This document shows positions 1-12,245 of a DNA stretch of 64,000 nucleotides, piece by piece. A program made the translations under genes and the position numbers. The notes under the pieces are model-generated. The model ran no database searches and had not been told where the DNA came from. It saw nothing but the letters and a program-made list of their open reading frames with translations. Each line of letters opens with the position of its first letter. Positions within the stretch are counted from its first letter, which is position 1. Source of the stretch: Octopus sinensis (lineage: Eukaryota); the NCBI RefSeq assembly GCF_006345805.1, contig NC_043007.1, forward strand, positions 26,784,001 through 26,848,000. The letters are read 5' to 3'.

Positions 1-272
1 ACCGGGGTCGATATAATCGACTTAATCCGTTTGTCTGTCCTTGTTTGTCCTCTTTGTGTTCAGCTCCTTGTGGGTAGTAAAGAAATAGGTATTTCGTCTG
101 CCGCTACGTTCTGAGTTCAAATTCTGCCGAGATCGACTCTGCCTTTCATCCTTTCGGGGTCGATTACATAAGTACCAGTTACGCACTGGGGTCGACGCAG
201 TCGACTTAATCACTTTATCTACTCTTGTTTGTCCCCTCTATGTTTCGCCCCCTTGTGGGCAACAAAGAAATA
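1..272 (+). mobile_element. SINE family C (tRNA-derived head, ~210-bp unit), 3' part of one unit joined head-to-tail to a second
   Basis: B-box-like GAGTTCAAATTC, core GCCTTTCATCCTTTCGGGGTCGAT..AAGTACCAG and tail AAAGAAATAG. The same sequence recurs more than ten times in the window. Confidence 0.85.
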
Positions 273-736
273 GTTATCATACATTGATTTACACTGGTTG
301 GAATCGTCACATTGCATGTCTAGTCTCAAATGGGCCGCTTTTTATAATTAGGTTATGTTGTTTATATTCTGCATTCCAGCTTGCCTCCGACTCTTTGTAG
401 TTGCACCAGATTATCATTAGATTCACTGACGTCATTAATTGACTCCTGACCATAAGGCAGACTATATCATTTGATAACACAATCAACACTAATATTCACT
501 TTGCCATTAAGTCGATCTAATAAACTGGTCTCGTCCCCACAAAATTTCGGGTCTTGTGCCTAGAGTGGGAGAGAATATTATCATCATCATCATCATTGTT
601 CGACCGTGGTCGAGACAATGGAATTTACCATGCTACGCCAGACTTCACGGTCCATCTTAGCATTACGGAGGTCCTGTTGCTGGATGCCTGTATCCCTGGA
701 GATTACATCAGGGTAGGAGAATATTATACATTGATC

Positions 737-1367
737 TAAGGCGGTGAGCTGGCAGAGTCGTTAACACGCCGAGCGAAATGATTAACGTCACTTTGTCTGT
801 CTTTATGTTCTGAGTTCAAATTCTGCCGAGGTCACATTTGCCTTTCGTTCTTTCGGAGTCGATTAAATAAGTACAAGTTACGCATGGGATCGACGCAGTC
901 GACTTAATCCCTTTGAGGAGGCACAATGGCCCAGTGGTTAGCGCAGTGGACTCGCGGTCGTAGGATCGCGGTTTCGATCCCCAGACCGGGCGTTGTGAGT
1001 GTTTATTGAGCGAAAACACCTAAAGCTCCACGAGGCTCCGACAGGGGATGGTGGTGATCCCTGCTGTACTCTTTCACCACAACTTTCTCTCACTCTTACT
1101 TCCTGTTTCTGTTGTACCTGTATTTCAAAGGGCCGGCCTTGTCACTCTCTGTGTCACGCTGAATATCCCCGAGAACTACGTTAAGGGTACACGTGTCTGT
1201 GGAGTGCTCAGCCACTTACACGTTAATTTCACGAGCAGGCTGTTCCGTTGATTCGGATCAACTGGAACCCTCGTCGTCGTAACCGACAGAGTGCTTCCTC
1301 TTAATCCCTTTATCTATCCTTGTTTGACCCCTCTATATTTAGCTCCCTAGTGGGCAACAAAGAAATA
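737..1367 (+). mobile_element. SINE family C copy interrupted by a family A SINE
   Basis: Head GGCGGTGAGCTGGCAGAGTCGTTAAC at ~740. Tail resumes at ~1312. 17-bp direct repeat AATATTATACATTGATC at 720-736 and 1368-1384. Confidence 0.85.
915..1299 (+). mobile_element. SINE family A (tRNA-like head, tail type 1), full length
   Basis: A-box TGGCCCAGTGG and B-box GGTTTCGATCCC. 12-bp TSD CTTAATCCCTTT at 903-914 and 1300-1311. Confidence 0.9.
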
Positions 1368-2049
1368 AATATTATACATTGATCCTCCGAGTCTTTGCCA
1401 TTGCACCAGATAATCATTAGATTCACTGACTTCATTAATTGACTCCTGACCATCAGTCAGACTATATCATTTGGTAACTTAATCAACACCAATATTCACT
1501 TTGCTGCTAAAGTGATAGGACAATTATTTGAAAGATATTTGAAACTTGATCGTTTTTTGTTCTTTTGTTTTCTCCCCGGATTCCTTGCGGGAACTGGAAA
1601 TTATCCATGACCAGCGCGAAAAACCCGTTAGTTGATTTTTATCGACGTACAACTTCTCCCCTCCGTCGTCATCTATATTGCACATGTCTAACCCTCAATA
1701 GACCGTTATAATAGAATATCTACTGACCGTGTTGCCTTATGGATATAAGGTTCTGAGACTGATATAGGGTTCTGATCGCCTTATGACAACCTTCTGGCAA
1801 CTTTTGTTCACGCCTGATACCAAACTGCACTTCTGTTAAAGGGACAACCTGCGCAACAAAGTGTCTAAAACAACCGTGACCATACTTGCTCACCACAAAG
1901 AAAACGCTGGAGATGTCGTAGCCTCAGCGTTGTCTGAACGGCAAAACAGATGAAACTGCCGATTAGCATGGTGTCCGGCATGCTAACGATTTTGGCAATT
2001 TTCCGTCAAATAGTAATTATTTCTATTTCTACTATAGGAACAAGGGGCT

Positions 2050-2432
2050 AGTCGATTACATCAACTCCAATGCGTAACTGGTACTTGCTTCATTGACCCA
2101 AAAAGGATGAAAGGCAAAGTCGACCTCGGCGTAATGTGAACTCACAACGTAGCGGCAGACGAAATACCGCAAAGCATTTCGCCGGGCGTGCTAACGATTC
2201 TTATTTCTTTATTGCCCTCAAGGGGCTAAACATAGACGGGACAAACAAGGTAAGAGAAAGGGATTAAGTCGATTACATCGACCCCAGTGCGTAACTGGTA
2301 CTTAATTTATCGTCTCCGAAAGGATGAAAGGCAAAGTCGACCGCGACAGAATTTGAACTCAGAACGTAGCAGCAGACGAAATATCGCTAAGCTTTTCGCT
2401 CGACGCGTTAACGTATCTGCCAGTTCGCTGCT
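2050..2432 (-). mobile_element. SINE family C, ~1.5 tandem units
   Basis: Reverse complement of the family C head and core (GAAAGGATGAAAGGCAAAGTCGAC) occurs twice. Confidence 0.85.
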
Positions 2433-2435
2433 TCC

Positions 2436-2437
<2 letters not shown>

Positions 2438-2502
<65 letters not shown>

Positions 2503-2630
2503 TTAATAATAATCAGAAGAAGAAGAAGAAGAAGAAGAAGAAGAAGAAGAAGAAGAAGAAGAAGAAGAAGAAGAAGAAGAAGAAGAAGAAGAAGAAGAAG
2601 AAGAAGAAGAAGAAGAAGAAGAGAAGAAGA
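2438..2630. repeat. Compound microsatellite (AAT)n-(AGA)n
   Basis: Directly visible. It produces the spurious poly-N/I/R/L ORFs. Confidence 0.95.
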
Positions 2631-4488
2631 ACGGTGATGATGATGATGGTAATGATAATTCAGATAATACTTCATCCCATACATTAAAAAAAACACATTA
2701 TTATATACGTATTTGTATAATGTACGTGTGTACGCGAGTTTTGGATGCGAGAGTGTGTAGGTATATGTGTACGAATGTATTTGTTTGTGTGTGCGCGTGT
2801 GTATGTATGTAAACTTGTGTGTAGACCTAATTAGCATTTTCACCGGCAACCATTATTCCCCACCACTCTTTATCTGATATCCCTCATTTATCCATCTTAC
2901 ACCTCTCCCTTATTCTCTTGCCAAATATATATATATATAATATAATATATAAGCGAGAAAGAAGCAACAAGAATGGATAGGTTTTTGTACGATCGTTTCA
3001 TACAAGGACAGGTTTTATTAAAAGTTGCAAAGATTACAGCATATAAACGAGTCCCGTACTCATCAGCTAAAATACATGTAAGTTCTCTAGACATCCTAGT
3101 GTTTGAGGCTACTCATGAAGTAATGTAGATAATTAAACAGATTTCTAAAGTTCATTAAAGTTCTTTAAAGATGATGCATAGTCTTATCACAGAATTTTAA
3201 AAAAGTTTTGGTAGCATCACAGAGAAGGTGACCTAATCCATATGAATTTCCATAGATATGATGAGGGATTATATACTCACAGAAGACAAATTTATCCATT
3301 GTTATTAGCATTACAGAGAGGGTGAATTAATCCTTTGTATATATGCACAGATTCCAATGGTGTAGATGTAAATTTCCAGAGAAATGGAGATGAATTTCAT
3401 ATTCACAGGCGATAAATTTTACAATGGTTGAACACAATGAGGTAGGTACCAATCCTTGTTATATGATTAGGTGTTTGCCATATTAATCACATTACTGCTA
3501 TTCACAAGAGGCTGCAGCTATTTAACTCTTAAAGGTTGAAGGCTTACTAGATCGGCCAAGAATAGAGAAGGGAATAGAGAAAAGAGAGAAAATAATGGAG
3601 GAGGGAGCAAAAAAGGGGGGGGAAAGGGGGACTAAAAGAGAAGAGAGAAAAGGGAACAGAGAATAAGAAGAAGAAAAAGAAGAAAGAGAAAAGAGAAAGG
3701 AATAGGGAAAGAAGGGAAAAAAAAAGAAAAAGAAAAAGAAAAAAGAGGGTTCTAGTTATACAGAAGAGCTAGTAGACTGTAAGTCTGGGTTTTAATCAAC
3801 AGGCATCTGGGAACTGAGGGGAATATTATTATTCTTTGACCAGTAAACCGTTAATTATTGCTGTTGAATCAGCTATGAGTTTAAAGAGAATCTAAAGAGA
3901 TAACACAGTCAGGGGTTAAGGGGTCAGATGCTAAAATCACCAGAAAATACATTATGAAAATCTAAGTATAATCTTATCAAAAAGTCATTAAAAATTTACT
4001 TATTTAATTATTCATTTTATTGTCTTAAGGAGTTGTCGTTATTATTCATACATTGACCGACTACAGGTCAAATCTTATAAGATCATTTACAAGGTGTTAG
4101 GGGATTGTCTATCCTAATGAAGATAATCATATTATCACCGAGGGAATAGCCTTATTTATTAATTATGAAATAGAATTATGGGGCTACCGTAACTAATTAT
4201 AATTTATTAGAGTTATGCTATTTAAATTAGATTAAGTTAGGAATTAAAATTAAATATTACAATTAAGATTTAAAATTAAGAATTTAAAAATTGTGAGTTT
4301 GAAATTAAATAAAGCCTCAATTAAGTAGCGAATAAGTACTATTCATTTCTCTGTTCTCAAAAACTGATGTAGATATAAGGAAAAAGATAAAGAAAACTGT
4401 AATGTGAGAACTCTAGTTATCTACTTAAAGCAGTGCTATACTAGTAGAAATCAAGTTATATCTATCTATCTAGCTATGAATATTCCAA

Positions 4489-5151
4489 TCATTTAAAATA
4501 TTTTAAAGTCTTCAATTTAGCGTGGACACAAACTTGACCTAGTTCGATATGGTTATTCAATAAGTTTCTATGTTTACTATGCTTTAGAATTTCGTACGTC
4601 TCCATGGAGCATAGTTGACAACCAACCCTACTATTTTTATACGGAATTGCTCTCCTAACTATTTCCCATTAAGGGTATAATTTTTGTTATTATTTTTGAG
4701 TTCCAGATTTTGTTTGAAAGTGTGGTGGTACCAGCTTTATGACGTAATTAAAAGTCGAGATGTGATTTCTAACTCTGGCTAAAAAATTAATGTACAGCCA
4801 ATGTAAAAATATTTGTTATTCTCCGTGGATATGGTACATTTATAGATTACATTATTTTCCTACATAGACAGGTGCCGGGCATTTTGATTTTATTCTACAC
4901 TTACACACAGGAGGAACAACTTCAGGCCTTGGATTATCCTGGGTAGATGTTTAAGGTTCCTATTATTTTGATTATCATTTCTATAGTTGGTACTGATATC
5001 TAAAGTATTGTTATTATTATTGATCCTTCCGTTTCATCATTTAGGCGTAAAGTCCTACCAAGATTTCTTATATTATTCGTAATGTTATTATTATTGTTAG
5101 TCTTTTTATCCAACTGTATATTATTGTTATAGATATCACTGATATTTTCAT
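4489..5151 (-). pseudogene. Mirror copy of the PLE GIY-YIG endonuclease region
   Basis: Reverse complement of 5820-6488. Stop codon (TCA on +) at 4489-4491. Confidence 0.88.
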
Positions 5152-6488
5152 AAAAGTAGAAATAAAAGTAGAAATAAAAGTAGAATTAAATTAACGGTAA
5201 ACGCCAATCTAGAGTACAGGCCCAACAATTCAAATAGAAGCATTGACCAGAACATAGGTAACTCGGATAAGATTGAAGTAGATAAACCTAAGATGCACAC
5301 AAATAAAAATAAAAATAATGGTAATAAATACAATAACTCCGGTGAGATGAATAGTAGTAATTCTACGAACCCTAAATTTTATAAAAAAAGATATTATGGC
5401 TGAATATTCCTTTCAACTGTGCGATACAATCGGATATACAGAACAAATTCAAAGTAATTCTGGAAAAAAAATTTCCCTATCTCTCATAGATATCATAGAA
5501 TTATTTCTAAGAAAACAGTTAGGATTCTTATTCAACCCTCCCAAATATGTCCACTTTAATAGCTAAAATAATAATAACAACATTAACTAGCCAGGAAAGA
5601 TAGAAATAAAAATAATATCAGAATGAATACCAATAGCAATAACAATAATACTACCAACAATAAAACAGCAATAGGAACTATCAAAACAAGGTGAAATTAG
5701 TAACCGCAGAATGACTAATAACATTAACATTAATAGTAATAATAACAATGCCGATATTATAGAAGTAATTGGTTAATAATAGAAATAATAGAAATAAGCT
5801 AATGGAGAAAATAAGGAGAATGAAAATATCAGTGATATCTATAACAATAATATACAGTTGGATAAAAAGACTAACAATAATAATAACATTACGAATAATA
5901 TAAGAAATCTTGGTAGGACTTTACGCCTAAATGATGAAACGGAGGATCAATAAATAATAACAATACTTTAGATATCAGTACCACTATAGAAATGATAATC
6001 AAAATAATAGGAACCTTAAACATCTACCCAGGAATAATCCAAGGCCTGAAGTTGTTCCTCCTGTGTGTAAGTGTAGAATAAAATCAAAATGCCCGGCACC
6101 TGGTCTATGTAGGGAAAATAATGTAATCTATAAATGTACCATATCCACGGAGAATAACAATATTTTTACATTGGCTGTACAATTAATTTTTAGCCAGAGT
6201 TAGAAATCACATCTCGACTTTTAAATTACGTCATAAAGCTGGTACCCCACCACACTTTCAAACAAAATCTGGGAACTCAAAAATAATAACACAAAATTAT
6301 ACCCTAATTGGGAAATAGTTAGGAGAGCAATTCCGTATAAAAATAGTAGGGTTGGTTGTCAACTATGCTCCATGGAGACGTACGAAATTCTAAAGCATAG
6401 TAAACATAGAAACTTATTGAATAACCATATCGAACTAGGTCAAGTTTGTGTCCACGCTAAATTGAAGACTTTAAAATATTTTAAATGA
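5152..6488 (+). pseudogene. C-terminal part of a Penelope-like ORF (post-RT linker plus GIY-YIG endonuclease), frameshifted as assembled
   Basis: Manual translation across frameshifts, using both arms. From 5391: ILWLNIPFNCAIQSDIQNKFKVILEK..SHRYHRIISKKTVRISYSTLPNMSTLIA. From 6066: CKCRIKSKCPAPGLCRENNVIYKCTISTENNKYFYIGCT..ARVRNHISTF..TTLSNKIWELK..WEIVRRAIPYKNSRVGCQLCSMETYEIL..LLNNHIELGQVCVHAKLKTLKYFK* (TGA 6486-6488). Shows VIY..YIG, conserved R/E/N and Cys/His motifs. Confidence 0.9.
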
Positions 6489-8145
6489 TTGGAATATTCA
6501 TAGCTAGATAGATAGATATAACTTGATTTCTACTAGTATAGGCACTGCTTTAAGTAGATAACTAAGAGTTCTCACATTACAGTTATCTTTATCTTTTTCC
6601 TTATATCTACATCAGTTTTTTGAGAACAGAGAAATGAATAGTACTTATTCGCTACTTAATTGAGGCTTTATTTAATTTCAAACTCACAATTTTTAAATTC
6701 TTAATTTTAAATCTTAATTGTAATATTTAATTTTAATTCCTAACTTAATCTAATTTAAATAGCATAACTCTAATAAATTATAATTAGTTACGGTAGCCCC
6801 ATAATTCTATTTCATAATTAAATAAATAAGGCTATTCCCTCGGTGATAATATGATTATCTTCATTAGGATAGACAATCCCCTAACACCTTGTAAATGATC
6901 TTATAAGATTTGACCTGTAGTCGGTCAATGTATGAATAATAACGACAACTCCTTAAGACAATAAAATGAATAAATTAAATAAGTAAATTTTTAATGACTT
7001 TTTGATAAGATTATACTTAGATTTTCATAATGTATTTTCTGGTGATTTTAGCATCTGACCCCTTAACCCCTGACTGTGTTATCTCTTTAGATTCTCTTTA
7101 AACTCATAGCTGATTCCAACAGCAATAAATTAACGGTTTACTGGTCAAGAATAATAATATTCCCTCCAGTTCCCAGATGCCTGTTGATTAAAACCAGACT
7201 TACAGTCTACTAGCTCTTCTGTATAACTAGAACCCTCTTTTTCTTTTTTCTTTTTTCTTTTTTTTCCCTTCTTTCCCTATTCCTTTCTCTTTTCTCTTTC
7301 TTTCTTCTTTTTCTTCTTCTTATCTCTGTTCCTTTTCTCTTCTCTTTTAGTCCCCCTTTCCCCCCCCCTTTTTGCTCCCTCCTCCATTATTTTCTCTCTT
7401 TTCTTCTATTCCCTCTCTATTCTTGGCCGATCTAGTAAGCCCTTCAACCTTTAAGAGTTAAATAGCTGCAGCCTCTTGTGAATAGCAGTAATGTGATTAA
7501 TATGGCAAACACCTAATCATATAACAAGGATTGGTACCTACCTCATTGTGTTCAACCATTGTAAAATTTATCGCCTGTGAATATGAATTCATCTCCATTT
7601 CTCTGGAAATTTACATCTACACCATTGGAATCTGTGCATATATACAAAGGATTAATTCACCCTCTCTGTAATGCTAATAACAATGGATAAATTTGTCTTC
7701 TGTGAGTATATAATCCCTCATCATATCTATGGAAATTCATATGGATTAGGTCACCTTCTCTGTGATGCTACCAAAACTTTTTTAAAATTCTGTGATAAGA
7801 CTATGCATCATCTTTAAAGAACTTTAATGAACTTTAGAAATCTGTTTAATTATCTACATTACTTCATGAGTATAGCCTCAAACACTAGGATGTCTAGAGA
7901 ACTTACATGTATTTTAGCTGATGAGTACGGGACTCGTTTATATGCTGTAATCTTTGCAACTTTAATAAAACCTGTCCTTGTATGAACGATCGTACTAAAA
8001 ACCTATCCATTCTTGTTGCTTCTTTCTCGCTTATAATCACCCCACATTACTGTATTGTTAAATCAGTATAGTTTTTTTTGGTGCATCTAAGTTAGGTACC
8101 ATATTCAAGTAAATTTTTTTAAATTAACTTGAATCTTTATTGCTC

Positions 8146-8176
<31 letters not shown>

Positions 8177-8399
8177 CTGAGAGAGATCTTCTTTAAGTAT
8201 TAGAAATAGCTGAAGAAATTTCTTTAGCTGCTATTTCTAATGAGTTCAGTATGTGGCAAAGTAATTTATTTTACTAAGCCCTTATATATAATGTTATATA
8301 TATATATATATATCTTCCACTCTATACAAATAGCTATTTCTAACGCTCTATATATATATCTATATAACACTCTCTCTATATACATATATCGCTCTCTAT

Positions 8400-8437
8400 G
8401 TCTCTATATATCTCTGTGGTTTTCTTTCTATTTATCA

Positions 8438-8495
<58 letters not shown>

Positions 8496-8666
8496 TCTCG
8501 CCAATTATTTATTGCTTTTCTCTTCTCCGTCCAAGTCATTAATTACTTTTTCATTGTCATTTCTGATCCTACACTTTTCCCCTTCTCCTCGCTCTTTACA
8601 TAAATCTCTCTCACACTCTCCTACACTTTCTGCTTATTTCTCAGTCCATCTCATCCTTTTACTTCT

Positions 8667-8708
<42 letters not shown>

Positions 8709-9350
8709 TATCTATCTATCTATCTATCTTTCTCCATTTTACTCTTCCTTCCAAATCTATTTATGCATCTTCGCACTTTATTATCAGCCTTTCCCTGTCT
8801 ACGCCTTTCTCTCTCTCCATCTCTCTCTCTCATCTTCTCTCTCTCTCTCTCTTCTCTCGTCTTTCTCTCTACCTAACTCTTATACACTTAATCTCACCTT
8901 CTTTCTATTGCTGTCTCTCCTTCATTTTCTCTTTCTCCCAATTTCTCCTTCATTCCCAGTTTATTTATTATCTTCCTCCTTGTGTCTCTGTCTCATTCTG
9001 TACCTCTGTCTATCTCTCTCCCTCTCTCCCTACCTCTCTCCTCCCCCTCTATCTCTTTCTGTCATGCACACACATACACACACACACTCATACGTTTTCT
9101 TTCTCTCCACTCTCTGTCGGTCTTACTATCCAACTCTTTCACTTAATCACATTCCTGTATTTCTCTCCCTCTTTCATTCCCTCTCCTCCCTCTTACTCCC
9201 CCCTCTCTCTCTCTCTCTCTGTCTATTCTTCTCCCCAAATTTATGCATCTTTGCACTTCATTATCTTCCATCTCTCTCTCTCTCTCTTCCTATCTATTTC
9301 CCACTCTCTTCCTCTCAATATCTTATCGGTCTTTCACTTTCTGACATTAT
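8400..9350. repeat. Polypyrimidine (CT)-rich low-complexity tract with an internal duplication
   Basis: (CT)n runs. CCAAAT..TTTATGCATCTT.GCACTT.ATTATC occurs at ~8750 and ~9235. Explains the 330-aa L/S ORF. Confidence 0.85.
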
Positions 9351-9905
9351 CATCAAAAATGGAATCATTATTGAATTAAAATTACTTTAATTAAGCATAC
9401 CGAAAATCTCACTTCAAAATCGCTAATTTTTTCCTCTCTCTCTTTATTATTCTTCTTCTCCAGCTACCATGCAGGCTAATCATGTGTTTGTAGCAGATAA
9501 ACTGAACTTGTAATTAACACACCAACAGATAATTTTGACACGAGAAATGTTTATAAAATGTAAACACAGTTACATAGAGACGCTGTTGTATTACGACCAG
9601 CCATTTCATAATAGATTTCTACATACACCAATGAAAAACACCAAAAAACGGACACAAAAAGCAACAAATAGGAAATGATGGTCATGGCAGAAATGACTTT
9701 GATCATAAATCTGCTAAATTAGGAATTGACCTGAACCAAACAACAACAACAAAAAATGACAATGCTAACAATAAACATGTTAAAAACAAAAAAATAACTG
9801 ACTTCCAGCGTTACAGAAGTTTCGATTATTAAACAAGAAAACAGGGAAACCTAAACAAAATCCATACAAAAATTTAAAAAATAGATGTAATATTATAACA
9901 AATTA

Positions 9906-10500
<595 letters not shown>

Positions 10501-10625
10501 AAAAATGAAAGATAAAACGAAAAAAATAATTAATTAATGCGGACAATTATGAAAGGAAATTGTACGTTGGAGGAAATGGTTTTCCTCCAATATCCACCGG
10601 GATTCGGTCGATATTGCCATTTGTA

Positions 10626-11010
10626 AGGCGGCGAGCTGGAAGAAATGTTAGCACGCCGGGCGAAATGCTATTTCATCTGCTGTTTCGTTCTGAGTTCAAA
10701 TTCCGCCGAGGTCGACTTTGCCTTTCATCCTTTCGAGGTCGATTAAATAAGTACCAATTACACACTGAGGACGATATAATCGACTTAATCCGTTTGTCTG
10801 TCCTTGTTTGTCCTCTCAGTGTTTAGCCCCTTGTGGGTAGTAAAGAAATAGGCATTTCGTCTGTCCTTACGCTCTGACTTCAAATTCTACCGAGGTAGAC
10901 TTTGCCTTTCATTCTGCCGGGCTCTATAAATTAAGCACCAGTTGCATACTGGTGTTGATGTAATCGACCAAAAAAGCGTCGGGCCTTGAGCCTAGAGGAG
11001 AAAAGGATAT
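10626..11010 (+). mobile_element. SINE family C, tandem dimer
   Basis: Head at 10626, internal rejoin AAAGAAATAGGCATTTCGTC at ~10851. Confidence 0.85.
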
Positions 11011-11181
11011 TACCATTCATAATTCGACATCGAGGACGTGAGCTATCTTCAGACAAAGATTTGTAGGTGAGAAGATTGAAAGTGTCACTGGGGTAAAATA
11101 TACGAAACCGCGTGTAACTATCAGAACTGCGCGTCTACTAAGAGTACACCTGGCACATACATCACAACCATGTGTGCACCG

Positions 11182-11244
<63 letters not shown>

Positions 11245-11961
11245 CGTTATTATTATCATTGTTGTTGTTGTTATAATTACTATTTTACAAATTAAATATA
11301 AACACTGCACTGACGACACAGTGTTAATTACATATATACGTATATTCACGTATACACACATACACATGCATACGTAATGTGTATATAAATATGTCTGTGT
11401 GTGCGTATGTATGTATGTATGTATATATGTGTATTTATATATAGCATTACATGTATTTTGAGGTGAAATTCCCAAATAGAGTTTACGTGTGTTCGTGTGT
11501 GTAAGTGTGTGTGTATGGGTATGTGTGTGTGAATGTATGTGTGTGTGTGTGTGTATGTGCATGTACGTTTGGATTTTGCAATTTACAAGCTTGTAATGAG
11601 AAACCATATTTTGAGACAGATATTTCATTTTAAAATATGGTCATTCTACTGATAAACACACGCAATGGTTATAGTTCACTTGTTATTAATCGATAGAATT
11701 TTAATTCTTATTTTAGACTATTGATTAATTGGTCAATGTTAATCGTTACTCTTCTGTAGCAAATTTCATTGACCCCCGCATGTTTAAAAATTTACAAAGA
11801 CATGGCGAAAGACTGACAAATCGATCAGCTGATTGCAAAGTGAACGACCTGTTCAATGTATTGATAGAATGAACCTGTCAAATTACAATTATCTATGTAT
11901 ACACACACACACACACACAGATACATATGTTTATATATCATATAATATAATTAAGGGTAGT

Positions 11962-12105
11962 AAGGTGGCTAGCTGGTACACACGTTAGTAAGCCGGGTGA
12001 AGTGCTTAGCGCTATTTCGTCTCTCTTGAGGGTTCGAGTGCAAATTCTGCCGAGGTCGACTTTGCCTTTCTTCCTTTCGGGTCGATAAATTAAGTACTGG
12101 TTTGC
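11962..12105 (+). mobile_element. SINE family C, 3'-truncated
   Basis: Head plus GCCGAGGTCGACTTTGCCTTTC core. Confidence 0.8.
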
Positions 12106-12214
12106 CAGCTCCCCAGTTCCTTAATTATTTTATATCTATAGTAATTATTACCTATACGATTTTTTTCCATGATGGCCACTTCATATGATAAGTAATTGTC
12201 TGATCCTCTTCATT

Positions 12215-12245
<31 letters not shown>

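Larger units (their letters stand above)
385..1503 (+). repeat. Dispersed direct repeat pair of ~120 bp (385-503 and 1385-1503)
   Basis: cctccga.tctttg..ttgcaccaga.tatcattagattcactgac.tcattaattgactcctgacc...aatattcactttgc is present at both positions. Confidence 0.85.
2948..8035. repeat. Large inverted repeat: arms 2948-5151 and 5820-8035, spacer 5152-5819
   Basis: 2948 TATAAGCGAGAAAGAAGCAAC.. is the reverse complement of ..GTTGCTTCTTTCTCGCTTATA 8035. ..ATATCACTGATATTTTCAT 5151 is the reverse complement of 5820 ATGAAAATATCAGTGATAT... Interior segments match throughout, apart from scattered, mostly 1-bp, indels. Confidence 0.97.
2948..8150 (+). mobile_element. 5'-truncated Penelope-like retroelement (Neptune-type) with an inverted copy of its 3' region, flanked by (TA)n
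   Basis: PLE linker and GIY-YIG motifs at 5391-6488. About 1.6 kb of 3' non-coding sequence with AATAAA near 7964. (TA)n at 2926-2950 and 8151-8176. No RT core is visible. Confidence 0.85.

Noticed and set aside
919-995. tRNA-like sequences here and at ~21570, ~37230, ~15110-15195 and the family B/C heads
   Set aside because: They are SINE heads. They continue into repeat bodies, carry TSDs and lack a proper acceptor stem.
3185-3440. CRISPR-like or C2H2 zinc-finger reading of the ~30-bp periodic array
   Set aside because: The context is eukaryotic, there is no conserved repeat with unique spacers, no cas genes, no CxxC/HxxxH pattern, and there are stops in the frames.
8398-9390. 330-aa ORF, the longest in the track
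   Set aside because: It is a translation of a (CT)-rich tract that cannot contain stops. It shows L/S/F bias and no domain.
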